From: an uncultured Candidatus Saccharibacteria bacterium
Lineage (GTDB): Bacteria; Patescibacteriota; Minisyncoccia; UBA6257; 1-14-0-10-40-38
Direction: 5' to 3'
DNA length: 64,000 nt
Assembly (NCBI GenBank): GCA_964543265.1
Contig: CAZIWN010000001.1
Coordinates: forward strand, 38,470 to 102,469
Part shown: positions 17,518 through 27,085 of the stretch, one piece after another
Layout: each line of letters starts with the position of its first letter
Numbering within the stretch: position 1 is the stretch's first letter
Translations under genes and position numbers: made by a program
The notes under the pieces: model-generated
What the model saw: the letters and a program-made list of their open reading frames with translations, nothing else
What the model was told of the DNA's origin: nothing
Database searches by the model: none

Positions 17518-18227
17518 ATAAAAAACCTATTCGCTAAATAGCTCGCAACCGTCACAGCTGTTTCTGCTCTTAAGGTTAGTTTTCCTAAAGAGGCAATTTT
17601 AAATTCATTTCTTAAGGCGAAATTAGCTTCATCCTCGCTCCATCCTCCTTCTGGTCCGATTAATATATTTATTTTTTCAAAATTAGTATTTTCAATATCA
17701 TTATTTAAAGCAAAAATATCCTGACCATCTTTATTAAAGAATAAAACTAACTCTCCCTTTTTAGGTAGAAAATCTTTTAAGTTAATTGGTTTATTGATTT
17801 TGGGAACAATGGCTCTTCCGGATTGTTCACTGGCTTCTTTTATAATTTTTTCAATTCTTTCGGAATTTATATTCAACTTAATAGTTTTTTTAGTTAAAAG
17901 GGGAGTGATTTCAGAAATTCCGCACTCAACCGCCTTTTGTGCGGCTAATTCAAAATTTTCTTTCTTTAAAACAGCTAAAAACATATGAGTTTTTACTCCC
18001 ATTTCAGCAAAGCTCTTAGTAATATTAATAATTTCGCAAACAATATTTTTTTGACTTATTTCTTTTAAGGCAGCCACGGCTTCGTTACCATCTCCATTAT
18101 ATAGGACGATGTTTTCTTCCGGTTTAAGCTTCAAAACAGATTTAATTTGGTGAATTAAATCTTTATCTTTTATTTCAAATTTTCCAACACTCAATTTTTC
18201 GTTTAGATAAAATCTATGAATTTTCAT
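17514..18227 (-). CDS. rsmE: 16S rRNA (uracil1498-N3)-methyltransferase RsmE
   Basis: 237 aa. PUA-like N-terminus and a SPOUT C-terminus ending ...ASLGKLTLRAETAVTVASYLANRF, characteristic of the RsmE family. Confidence 0.8.
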   Translation of the reverse strand: MKIHRFYLNEKLSVGKFEIKDKDLIHQIKSVLKLKPEENIVLYNGDGNEAVAALKEISQKNIVCEIINITKSFAEMGVKTHMFLAVLKKENFELAAQKAVECGISEITPLLTKKTIKLNINSERIEKIIKEASEQSGRAIVPKINKPINLKDFLPKKGELVLFFNKDGQDIFALNNDIENTNFEKINILIGPEGGWSEDEANFALRNEFKIASLGKLTLRAETAVTVASYLANRFFI

Positions 18228-18299
18228 TATTACTATATATAGTATATTTAATTCTAATTTGCTTTTTTAGGCAAATCGGTTAAAATATTTTGTATTATC

Positions 18300-18370
18300 G
18301 CTTCCATAGCTCAATGGTAGAGCAGCTGCCTTTTAAGCAGTTGACCAAGGTCCGATTCCTTGTGGAAGCA
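18300..18370 (+). tRNA. tRNA-Lys (anticodon UUU)
   Basis: Cloverleaf by hand. Acceptor gcttcca/tggaagc, D-arm gctc-aatggta-gagc, anticodon loop cuUUUaa, T-arm caagg-tccgatt-ccttg. No encoded CCA. Confidence 0.8.
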
Positions 18371-18447
18371 CTAATTTACATTGATTTTGTTTTACTTTTC
18401 CTGTAAATTAATCATTATTAGTTTTTAACGTTAATACACAGAATTAA

Positions 18448-19695
18448 ATGAGAAAAAAGGCAATTACGATTTTTATCCTTATAGTTTTAATTTCGGTTCT
18501 TGGTGCTTTCTTTATTTATCCAAAAAACTGGGGCGCAAACACTCGCGCCTGGAAGTTGGGCTTAGACCTTATCGGAGGATCTCGTCTCACGTATGAAATA
18601 GATATGTCTGGAGTTAAGTCTGCAGATCAAGACTCGGTTGCTTCTGGTCTCCGCGACGTCATCGAAAAAAGAGTTAATCTTTTCGGAGTTTCTGAGCCAC
18701 AAGTTTACAGTGCCAAATCTGGAGATGCTTATAGATTATCGGTTGAACTCGCTGGCATTAAAGATATAGCTGAAGCTATAAAACAAATTGGTGAAACACC
18801 ATATCTCTTCTTCGCTGAGGGAAAAGAGTCTAAAGTTGGAACAACCACAGAAACAAAATTCGTACCAACTGCCTTAGATGGAAGATATATTATTAATGCT
18901 TCTTTGGGCTTTAGCAGTAATAATGCCTTAAGTGGACCAGAAATTCTTTTAACCTTCAACGATGAAGGATCAAAATTATTCGAAGAAGTTACCGCAAGAA
19001 ATATTGGCAAACCAGTTGGGGTATTTTTGGATGGAAATCTAATCACTGCTCCAATAGTGCAGGGTAAAATTTCTGGAGGTAAGGCCCAAATCACTGGCAA
19101 CTTTACTCAAAAAGAAGCAAAGGAAATGGTTTCTCGTTTTAATGCCGGAGCTCTTCCTGCGCCAATTAGACTAATCAGTCAATCAACCGTTGGAGCTTCA
19201 ATCGGATCAGACTCATTAAGGCAAACTCTTTTAGCTGGTTTAGTCGGAATGATTTTAGTTATCTTCTTGATGCTAGTTTATTATGGATTGAACGGCTTAG
19301 CTGCAACCATCGCCTTAATCATCTACACAATTTTAGCCGGAGCCATCTTTAAACTTTTCGGAATAACAATGACTCTTTCTGGAATCGCCGGTTTTATCCT
19401 TTCCATAGGAATGGCTGTTGATGCCAATATTTTAATCTTTGAACGCACCAAAGAGGAATCCAAAAAGGGATTAGATAAAGCCACTTCTTTAGAAGAGGGT
19501 TTCAAGAGAGCCTGGCTTTCTATTAGGGATTCAAACATTTCAACCATCATCACTGCATTAATTCTTTATTATTCCACAACAGGATTTATTAAGGGATTTT
19601 CCCTAACTCTTTTAATCGGAGTTTTGGTTTCAATGTTTTCAGCCATCACAGTCACAAGGGCGATTTTGAGATCTTTCATTAAAAACAACAACTAA
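18448..19695 (+). CDS. secD: Protein translocase subunit SecD
   Basis: 415 aa. LGLDLIGGSRLTYEID, a periplasmic domain, and six C-terminal TM helices. Confidence 0.9.
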   Translation: MRKKAITIFILIVLISVLGAFFIYPKNWGANTRAWKLGLDLIGGSRLTYEIDMSGVKSADQDSVASGLRDVIEKRVNLFGVSEPQVYSAKSGDAYRLSVELAGIKDIAEAIKQIGETPYLFFAEGKESKVGTTTETKFVPTALDGRYIINASLGFSSNNALSGPEILLTFNDEGSKLFEEVTARNIGKPVGVFLDGNLITAPIVQGKISGGKAQITGNFTQKEAKEMVSRFNAGALPAPIRLISQSTVGASIGSDSLRQTLLAGLVGMILVIFLMLVYYGLNGLAATIALIIYTILAGAIFKLFGITMTLSGIAGFILSIGMAVDANILIFERTKEESKKGLDKATSLEEGFKRAWLSIRDSNISTIITALILYYSTTGFIKGFSLTLLIGVLVSMFSAITVTRAILRSFIKNNN

Positions 19696-19700
19696 AATCT

Positions 19701-20594
19701 ATGAATGTAATCGGAAAAAAATGGCTATTTATTAGCGTCTCGGCAATATTAGTTTTACTAAGCATATTCTCTATAAGTTTTTATGGTTTTAAATTAGGAA
19801 TAGATTTCACCGGTGGAACTCTCTGGCAGGTTAAGTTTGATTCACAAGTCTCTCGCGAAGATTTATCAAAATTTTTCAAGGAAAGTCTTAAAATAGATTC
19901 AGTTTCCATCGTTCCAGAAACTTCAAATAATTCCTTCATTATCAGATTACCAGAATTAAACGAGGTAGATCATCAAAAAAATTTTCAGGCCATCTCTAAG
20001 CAATTCGGAAAAACCGATGAACTTCTTTTTGAATCAATCGGAGCCTCTATCGGTGGGGAATTAAGAAGCAAAGCCATCACGGCCTTTATTTTAGTCTTGG
20101 TTGGTATCTCTTTATATATAGCTTTCGCTTTCAGAAAAGTTTCCAGACCAATCAGTTCTTGGAAGTATGGAGTAATCACTCTCTTAACTCTTTTCCACGA
20201 CGCTATAATCCCAGCCGGACTTTTCTCATATTTAGGTCATAAAATGGGAGTTGAAGTTGATACAAACTTCATTGTTGCAATCTTAGTGGTTATGGGTTTC
20301 TCGGTTCACGACACTATCGTTGTTTTTGATAGAATCAGAGAAAATCTAAGACGCATCGGTGGTAAAGCAGTTGATTTTAATTCTTTAGTAAATGATTCAG
20401 TCAATCAGACATTTGTTCGTTCAGTTAATACTTCTTTAACCCTTATTTTGGTTTTGATTGCTCTCTACTTCTTAGGGGCAGTAAGTCTTAAATATTTCGT
20501 TCTAACAATGCTTGTGGGAACCATAGTTGGAACTTATTCTTCAATCTTTATAGCGAGTCCATTCCTTACAATTTGGAGAAAGAAAGAAAATTAA
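19701..20594 (+). CDS. secF: Protein translocase subunit SecF
   Basis: 297 aa. GIDFTGGTLWQVKF and C-terminal TM bundle. 5-nt gap after secD. Confidence 0.9.
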   Translation: MNVIGKKWLFISVSAILVLLSIFSISFYGFKLGIDFTGGTLWQVKFDSQVSREDLSKFFKESLKIDSVSIVPETSNNSFIIRLPELNEVDHQKNFQAISKQFGKTDELLFESIGASIGGELRSKAITAFILVLVGISLYIAFAFRKVSRPISSWKYGVITLLTLFHDAIIPAGLFSYLGHKMGVEVDTNFIVAILVVMGFSVHDTIVVFDRIRENLRRIGGKAVDFNSLVNDSVNQTFVRSVNTSLTLILVLIALYFLGAVSLKYFVLTMLVGTIVGTYSSIFIASPFLTIWRKKEN

Positions 20595-20610
20595 ATTTTA
20601 CATGTTCTTA

Positions 20611-20654
20611 AAGACACAAAAAACACTCACCTTGAGTGTTTTTTGTGTCTTTTG
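20611..20654 (+). terminator. Rho-independent terminator after secF
   Basis: aagacacaaaaaacactc...gagtgttttttgtgtctt long stem. Confidence 0.75.
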
Positions 20655-20681
20655 GGGAAATCTTTTTATGTAAGCCATATA

Positions 20682-20711
20682 ATTTGACACTATTCAACAT
20701 ATCTGATATAC
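20682..20711 (+). promoter_or_regulatory. Near-consensus sigma70 promoter upstream of the HTH regulator gene
   Basis: TTGACA, 17 nt, TATACT. A second, weaker ttgaca element follows at ~20743. Confidence 0.5.
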
Positions 20712-20814
20712 TATATAAACAAAAACCTAAAACACGGATTCGCCATATTTGACATTGATTTTGTAAAGTGGTAGTCTTGTTTATATAAATAAAAGAGGTG
20801 ATTTTGGCAAAAAC

Positions 20815-21888
20815 ATGGTTACAAAAAACAAAATGTTTGAAAATGTAAATACGTTCGTCGATGACTTCTTAAAATCTAATCTTTCAGGAAGATACCAAGA
20901 AGTTATTAGGTGTCGCTATGGAATTGATGGCGCCAACCCAGAAACTTTGCAAGCTATCGGAAATCGCTATGGTATTACCAGAGAAAGAGTCCGCCAGATA
21001 GAAGCTCTCGCCTTAGAAAATCTTTTAAAAGTTGCCAAAAACTATCCAAACCTTATTAAGTTAATGGATACAGCTACAAGCAGATTAAAATCTGTAGGTG
21101 GAATAGAAGAGGAAGGATCTCTTTTGAATTATTTAAAAACATCTTTAAATCATGGAGAAATAGATGCTAGATTTGCCAATTCAATTAAGTTTGTTTTAGA
21201 GCTTTCTGGAAAAATCAATCGCCACAGCGATAATTATGATAAAGATTGGAGATGTTATTGGTATTTAGGAAAGGAAGAAGAGTCTAAAGCAAAAGGCTTC
21301 ATTACTAAACTTGTTTCATCTCTAAATTCAAAAAAGAACGCTATCGTTTCAGGAAATAATTTTAATGAAGTTTTTGCTCAGGTAACAAAGCAAAGCAACT
21401 TAAAAGAAGAGACAGCTAAAAATCTATTAGCTATTTCTAAAAAGTTTGTCACTGGTCCTTTTGGGCACTTCGGTCTTGCTGATTGGTCAGAAATAAATCC
21501 AAAAACAGCCAGAGATTGGGCTTATGCTATTTTAAAGAAAGAACAAAAACCGCTTCACTTCTCCGAGCTTTACAAAATGATCTCTGGACATAGATCTGAT
21601 AAAAAGACTAATCTCCAAACTGTTCACAACGAATTAATTAAAGACGAAAGATTTGTCTTAGTCGGTCGCGGACTTTATGGATTAAAAGAGCACGGATTAA
21701 TCCCTGGAACTGCCAAAGAAATAATTGCTCATTTCTTGAAAAAGCATGGTCCAATGACTCATAAAGAAATCAGCGAGCTTGTCTTAGGTCAAAGGATGAT
21801 CAAGCCAACAACAATAATGATCAATCTTCAAAATAAGAAGCACTTCGTAAGCACTCCAGACGGAAAATACGACGTAAAAGAAGCTTAA
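20815..21888 (+). CDS. DNA-binding protein with an N-terminal sigma-70 region-4-like HTH and a C-terminal HARE-HTH-like winged helix; candidate regulator of the downstream operon
   Basis: 357 aa. EVIRCRYGIDGANPETLQAIGNRYGITRERVRQIEALALENL resembles sigma region 4.2. The C-terminal ...HNELIKDERFVLVGRGLYGLKEHG matches the HARE-HTH motif seen in RpoE (delta). Confidence 0.55.
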   Translation: MVTKNKMFENVNTFVDDFLKSNLSGRYQEVIRCRYGIDGANPETLQAIGNRYGITRERVRQIEALALENLLKVAKNYPNLIKLMDTATSRLKSVGGIEEEGSLLNYLKTSLNHGEIDARFANSIKFVLELSGKINRHSDNYDKDWRCYWYLGKEEESKAKGFITKLVSSLNSKKNAIVSGNNFNEVFAQVTKQSNLKEETAKNLLAISKKFVTGPFGHFGLADWSEINPKTARDWAYAILKKEQKPLHFSELYKMISGHRSDKKTNLQTVHNELIKDERFVLVGRGLYGLKEHGLIPGTAKEIIAHFLKKHGPMTHKEISELVLGQRMIKPTTIMINLQNKKHFVSTPDGKYDVKEA

Positions 21889-21890
21889 TA

Positions 21891-21927
21891 AAAAAACAGT
21901 CCCGATATATATCGCGACTGTTTTTTT
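21891..21927 (+). terminator. Rho-independent terminator separating the regulator gene from the five-gene operon
   Basis: acagtcccgatat/atatcgcgactgt stem followed by T7. Confidence 0.6.
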
Positions 21928-21952
21928 ATGTTAATATATATCTAATACAGAT

Positions 21953-23275
21953 ATGTTTGATTTTATAAAAAACTTCTTAGGATCAGATGTTCTAAATTAT
22001 GTTTTAGTTGGAATTAAGGCGATATACCCAATCATAATTTTTCCGATAATATTTGAAGTCACCAGATCTCTCTGGTTATTTTGGAGGCAATCAATTTTTA
22101 AAGCAGGAATTAAATTTGTTGTTTTAGAAATGAGAATTCCTAGAGAAATCTTGAAAAGCCCTCAGGCCATGGAGCAAGTTTTAGTCGGAATGCATTCATT
22201 GAGAAATTCCCCAAGTGATTTTAATAGAAATATAAGAGAAAAATATTGGGACGGAGAGGTTACTAAATGGTTTACCTTAGAAATAGTTTCCGATGGTGGG
22301 GAGCTTCATTTTTATATAGTTACAGATAAAAAATTAAGAAGTTTAGTTGAAACATCTTTTTTTTCATATTATCCAGATCTAGAACTTGTTGAGGTTCCAG
22401 ATTATATGCCTCGTATTCCCAAAAATACTGGAGAACTCGAAGCTCAAGATAAAGATATTTGGGGTGTTGAATTGGTGCTTGGCAAGGAAGAAGCATATCC
22501 AATCAAAAGCTACACCGAGTTTGAATCTCCCGACGATGCTAAAAAATTTGATCCAGCTTCAGTCTTTTTAGAAATAATGAGTAAAATCCAGAAAGTTGAA
22601 TTTTTAAGTATACAAATAGTAATAGCTCCAGGAGATCCAAAATGGTTTGAAGCTTTCGATGATTTATTAGAAGAAATTAAAGGATTGAAACAAGAAGAAG
22701 ATTCAGATATAAAAAATTTAAGCAAACTCTACGCTAGAACTCCTGGTGAAACGGAGGTATTAAAGGCTGTTGAAAAAAATCTCTCCAAACCTTGTTTTGA
22801 TACTATTATTAGAATTTTCTATCTTTCCTCTAAGGGAACGTTCTTGGATTCTTATGCCAGAAGGGGTATGATCGGAGCTTTTAATCAATATAGTAATTTA
22901 GAGTTAAATTCTTTTAAACAAAATTTTCCAACCGGAACAGGAGTTCTTCCTTGGGCTCCACCATTCTTTTTCTCAGACATAAGATCAAAATATAGGAAAA
23001 ATAGATTTTTGAATTGGTATATAAATAGAGAAGTTCCCCCAGAAACTAAAATGGGCAGATGGATAACCTCTTATTTTTGGAATAAAAATTACGGCTCAAA
23101 ATTTGTTAAATTAAACACAGAATCAATTGCCAGCATCTTTCATCCGCCAACCAATCTTGTCTTAACAGCTCCTCACATCAAAAGAATGGAAAGTAAAAAA
23201 GCTTCTCCATCTGCTGGAATGTCTATTTTTGGAGATGAGAAAGATATAGAAATGTTTACCAAGAAGCAAAAATAA
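21953..23275 (+). CDS. Hypothetical protein with an N-terminal membrane anchor and a large C-terminal domain of unknown function (operon gene 1)
   Basis: 440 aa. Hydrophobic segment VLNYVLVGIKAIYPIIIFPIIF near the N-terminus. The rest is soluble and matches nothing I recognise. Confidence 0.6.
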   Translation: MFDFIKNFLGSDVLNYVLVGIKAIYPIIIFPIIFEVTRSLWLFWRQSIFKAGIKFVVLEMRIPREILKSPQAMEQVLVGMHSLRNSPSDFNRNIREKYWDGEVTKWFTLEIVSDGGELHFYIVTDKKLRSLVETSFFSYYPDLELVEVPDYMPRIPKNTGELEAQDKDIWGVELVLGKEEAYPIKSYTEFESPDDAKKFDPASVFLEIMSKIQKVEFLSIQIVIAPGDPKWFEAFDDLLEEIKGLKQEEDSDIKNLSKLYARTPGETEVLKAVEKNLSKPCFDTIIRIFYLSSKGTFLDSYARRGMIGAFNQYSNLELNSFKQNFPTGTGVLPWAPPFFFSDIRSKYRKNRFLNWYINREVPPETKMGRWITSYFWNKNYGSKFVKLNTESIASIFHPPTNLVLTAPHIKRMESKKASPSAGMSIFGDEKDIEMFTKKQK

Positions 23276-23276
23276 T

Positions 23277-23882
23277 ATGAATAATTCTTTCGATTTTAAT
23301 ATAATAAATTCATTTATAGATAATCCTTTTGGGTTTGTTAACGTTATTTGGAAATTTATAGTATCTTTATTCACTGGAACAGATGTTGGTGGTTACACGT
23401 TTTCTGCCTTCGGAATAATTAGAACTATGTTTTTAATTTTAGATATTATTCTAATAATTTTATTTTTTATCGCCTTTTTTGCTTCATTAAAATTCAAACC
23501 AGATCTTGTTCCAAGGAAACCTAAACCAGAAACAAAGTCTAGAGAGTTAAAAATTAGAGAAAAAGCTTTTCGTGATCGCTGGATTAATGTCTTAAAGGTT
23601 GCCTCTCAAGGAACACCAGAAGCATTAAAAGTTGCCATAATCGACGCCGACAAACTGGCCGACGATTCCCTAAAGCAATTAGGTATTATAGGGGAGACTA
23701 TGGCAGATAGGATCGAAGAAATAACTTCAGACGAAGTGGCTTCGATAGATAGATTATTATCTGCCCACAGAGTCAGAAACGATCTAGTTCATAATCCTGG
23801 CTTTGAAATTTCAAAACACAAAGCCAAAAATCTTCTCGAAGACTACGAAGCATTCTTTAAAGACATAGATTTATTAAGTTAG
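23277..23882 (+). CDS. Small membrane protein with a C-terminal alpha-helical domain carrying an Rx4H (HEPN-like) motif (operon gene 2)
   Basis: 201 aa. TM helix MFLILDIILIILFFIAFFASL, and a C-terminal ...LSAHRVRNDLVHNPGFE (R-N-x3-H). 1-nt gap from the upstream gene. Confidence 0.55.
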   Translation: MNNSFDFNIINSFIDNPFGFVNVIWKFIVSLFTGTDVGGYTFSAFGIIRTMFLILDIILIILFFIAFFASLKFKPDLVPRKPKPETKSRELKIREKAFRDRWINVLKVASQGTPEALKVAIIDADKLADDSLKQLGIIGETMADRIEEITSDEVASIDRLLSAHRVRNDLVHNPGFEISKHKAKNLLEDYEAFFKDIDLLS

Positions 23883-23892
23883 TTCCAGCAAT

Positions 23893-25323
23893 ATGCCAAA
23901 ATCAAGCAAGGTTCAGATAATAAAATACGCGCCACCGCCGTCAGAACTTCCAATTTACGGCAAAGTTGAATCAAGTAAGGTTTCTTTTATTGGAAGAACT
24001 AATTACACGGCAGCATTAGAAGAAAAAAAATTCATCTTCGGCATTAAGAGGGCCGATAGGCGCCGTCATGTTTATATCATTGGTAAATCTGGTGTTGGCA
24101 AATCCAAATTATTAGAGCTTTTTATTCGCCAAGATATTTCTTGGGGTTATGGAGTTTGCTTAGTCGATCCGCACGGAGACGTGATAGATAATATTTTGGA
24201 TTTTATTCCAGAAAACAGAATTAACGATGTTTTATTAATAGATCCTTCAGATAAAGATTTTCCGGTTTCTTTCAATCCATTAAAGAATGTCGATCCTAAT
24301 TTCAAACACCAGCTTGCTCAAGGCCTTATTGAGGTTATGCAAAAACAATTTGGCGCCAATTGGACACCTCGTTTAGAGCACGTTTTCAGATTCACTATTC
24401 TTGCATTGCTAGATTATCCAGATGCGACGATGAAAGGTATGATTTTGATTTTAACCGACAGGAGTTATCGCCAAAAAGTAATTGAACATATTACAGACGA
24501 TATGGTTAAGCGTTTTTGGGCCACAGAATTTGCCGACTGGTCAGAAAAATTTGATACAGAAGCCATTATTCCTTTAGTAAATAAATTAGGGCAGTTTCTT
24601 TCCAATCCTTTATTAAGGAATATTTTCGGGCAAACCGAAAACAAAGTTGATTTCGAAAAACTAATGAACGAACAAAAGATTATTTTAATTAATCTTTCAA
24701 AAGGTAAACTTGGAGAAGAAAATTCCAGTTTTTTAGGTTCAATGTTTATTACTAAGATAAAACAAGCTGGTATGGCTCGCGCCAATTTAAGAGAAAAGGA
24801 AAGAAAAGATTTTTATCTCTACGTGGATGAATTTCACAATCTTGTTACGGCAACTTTTGAAAATCTTCTATCCGAAGCTAGAAAATACGGTCTTTGCTTA
24901 ACTGTCGCTCATCAATATTCCGGACAATTAATTCCAATTGTTCAAGCTGCGGTTTTGGGCAATACTGGTTGTTTAATTGTTTTCAGAATTGGCGGGGAAG
25001 ATGCTGTTAAACTCCAACCAGAAATGGCGCCAGTTTTTGAAGTGAAAGATATGATTAATCTTGGTATGCAGGAATTTTATATAAAAATGACTATAGATGG
25101 AGAAACTTATGATCCATTTTCCGCAGAAACATTAAAAATTCTCCCAAGCGTTCATTCCTCGTTCAGAGATAAAATTATAGAATCTTCTAGAAAAAAATAT
25201 GCTATTTCTCTTTCAGAATTAAATGTAGACCCAAACACTTCAAAAAAATCAGAATCTAAAATTATTGAAAATAAAAATAATTCAGAAACAAATCTCCACT
25301 CTCAACCAGAACCTCTAATATGA
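23893..25323 (+). CDS. TraD/VirD4/TrwB-like FtsK-HerA superfamily ATPase, soluble with no TM anchor (paralog 1)
   Basis: 476 aa. Walker A IIGKSGVGKS followed by LVDPHGD (the DPxGE box of coupling proteins), Walker B FYLYVDEFH, and AHQYSGQL (the Q-rich motif of TraG/VirD4). Confidence 0.75.
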   Translation: MPKSSKVQIIKYAPPPSELPIYGKVESSKVSFIGRTNYTAALEEKKFIFGIKRADRRRHVYIIGKSGVGKSKLLELFIRQDISWGYGVCLVDPHGDVIDNILDFIPENRINDVLLIDPSDKDFPVSFNPLKNVDPNFKHQLAQGLIEVMQKQFGANWTPRLEHVFRFTILALLDYPDATMKGMILILTDRSYRQKVIEHITDDMVKRFWATEFADWSEKFDTEAIIPLVNKLGQFLSNPLLRNIFGQTENKVDFEKLMNEQKIILINLSKGKLGEENSSFLGSMFITKIKQAGMARANLREKERKDFYLYVDEFHNLVTATFENLLSEARKYGLCLTVAHQYSGQLIPIVQAAVLGNTGCLIVFRIGGEDAVKLQPEMAPVFEVKDMINLGMQEFYIKMTIDGETYDPFSAETLKILPSVHSSFRDKIIESSRKKYAISLSELNVDPNTSKKSESKIIENKNNSETNLHSQPEPLI

Positions 25324-27065
25324 TAAAAATCTGCCAATTCTGTAAAAAAGATTTTGAAGTAACTCCAGACGATGTGGTTTTTTACGAATCCGTAAAAGTC
25401 CCTCATCCTACATGGTGCGAAGAATGCAGAATGCTCCGCAGATTTATTTGGATGAATCAAAGAGTTCTATACAGAAGAAAGGATTCTTTAACAGGTAAAG
25501 AGATATTTTCTGGAATCCACGAATCAGCTCCGGTGAAAGTTTGCGATAGGGATTTTTGGTGGGGTGATGGCTGGGATCCTATAATTTTCGGTAAAGAGTA
25601 TGATTCTTCTAAAACATTTTTTGGGCAATTTAAAGATTTGATGCAGTCCGTTCCTTGGGCGGCTAGAAATGTAGTTAACTTAAACAATTCAGATTACACC
25701 AACGATGCTAGCGAGCTTAAAAATTCTTATCTATGTTTTTCCTCTTCTAGAATAGAAAACAGTGGTTATTTAATGATGGCAACAGATATCAAAGACAGTT
25801 TCGATCTTTTCGAAACAGGGGATAGCGAACTTTGTTATGAGGGTTATATGGTAGACGATTCTTATAAGGTTTTTTATTCCATCAATTGCGATAATTGTTC
25901 AAATATCTGGTTCTCAAAGGATTTAATGGGTTGTGAAAATTGTTTTGGCTGCGTTAATTTAGTTAATAAATCTTATTGCATTTGGAACGAGCAAAAAACC
26001 AAAGAGGAATTTGAGGAATTTATGAATAAGTTTAAATCCGGATCTTATTCCGAAATTTCTTCGACTATTAAAAAGTCTAGAGAATTTTGGAGCAATTTTC
26101 CTGTCAGGTTTACTCTCGGATTTAGAAACTTTGATTGTTGGGGCGAACACATCCAAGATTCAAAAAACGTTAAGCACTCATTTGACATTCATTCTTCCGA
26201 AAATCTTAAATATTGCCAAATGATAGATGATGGCAATAATTCCTATGACCAAACCCTTTGGGGAGACAATTCTTCTTATGTTTATGAGGGTGTAAATCTT
26301 GGAGCTAACGTTAATAACATAAAATTTTCATACAATATCTGGCCAGAATCTTTTGATGTGGAATATTCTGCATTTTGCCATTCTTCGTCAAATCTTTTCG
26401 GATGTTTCGGCTTGAGAAAAAAAGAATATTGCATCTTAAATAAGCAATATCCTAAAGAAGAATATTTTAAGCTCAAAGAAAAAATTGTTCAGGAAATGAA
26501 TTTAAATCCATATACAGATAAAATGGGTATTATTTATAAATATGGAGAATTTTTCCCAATTGAATTTTCCCCATTCGGCTATAACGAAACTATGCTCAAT
26601 AAGTTCTTTCCAAAAACAGAGACAGAAGCAGTTTCGTTAGGATTTAAGTGGTTAAAAGAAAATAAAAAAGAGTTTCAGTCCACTGTCGAATCAAATAATT
26701 TAGCGGACGATATTTCTAATATCGGTCAATATATTTTAAAAGAAATCATAAAATGCAGCTCTTGCGCTTCTGTTTACAGAATAATTCCTTTAGAGTTGGA
26801 ATTTTTAAAGCAAAACAAATTGCCTGTTCCACGAAGCTGTCCAGATTGCAGATTTAAAGACAGATTTCAATTTGTAAATCCTCCTAAGTATTGGGATAAG
26901 TCTTGTGATTGTGGATCTACGGAAGCGACAAGAATATATAAAAACAATAATTCTAATCACGCCCATCAAAACTCTCAATGTCAGAATAAATTCAAAACCA
27001 GCTATCCTCCAGGCAAAGCCAAAATAATATACTGCGAAGATTGTTATCGCAGTGAGATTATATAA
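25320..27065 (+). CDS. Multi-zinc-ribbon protein with internal tandem Cys-repeat modules (operon gene 4)
   Basis: 581 aa. N-terminal CQFCKK...CEECRM ribbon. Central repeated ~45-aa units (…NIWFSKDLMGCENCFGCVNLVNKSYCIWNEQ / …SSSNLFGCFGLRKKEYCILNKQ). C-terminal CSSC...CPDC...CDCG...CEDC ribbons. ATGA start/stop overlap with the upstream ATPase gene. Confidence 0.6.
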   Translation: MIKICQFCKKDFEVTPDDVVFYESVKVPHPTWCEECRMLRRFIWMNQRVLYRRKDSLTGKEIFSGIHESAPVKVCDRDFWWGDGWDPIIFGKEYDSSKTFFGQFKDLMQSVPWAARNVVNLNNSDYTNDASELKNSYLCFSSSRIENSGYLMMATDIKDSFDLFETGDSELCYEGYMVDDSYKVFYSINCDNCSNIWFSKDLMGCENCFGCVNLVNKSYCIWNEQKTKEEFEEFMNKFKSGSYSEISSTIKKSREFWSNFPVRFTLGFRNFDCWGEHIQDSKNVKHSFDIHSSENLKYCQMIDDGNNSYDQTLWGDNSSYVYEGVNLGANVNNIKFSYNIWPESFDVEYSAFCHSSSNLFGCFGLRKKEYCILNKQYPKEEYFKLKEKIVQEMNLNPYTDKMGIIYKYGEFFPIEFSPFGYNETMLNKFFPKTETEAVSLGFKWLKENKKEFQSTVESNNLADDISNIGQYILKEIIKCSSCASVYRIIPLELEFLKQNKLPVPRSCPDCRFKDRFQFVNPPKYWDKSCDCGSTEATRIYKNNNSNHAHQNSQCQNKFKTSYPPGKAKIIYCEDCYRSEII

Positions 27066-27085
27066 TTCTTTGATATACTTAATTT

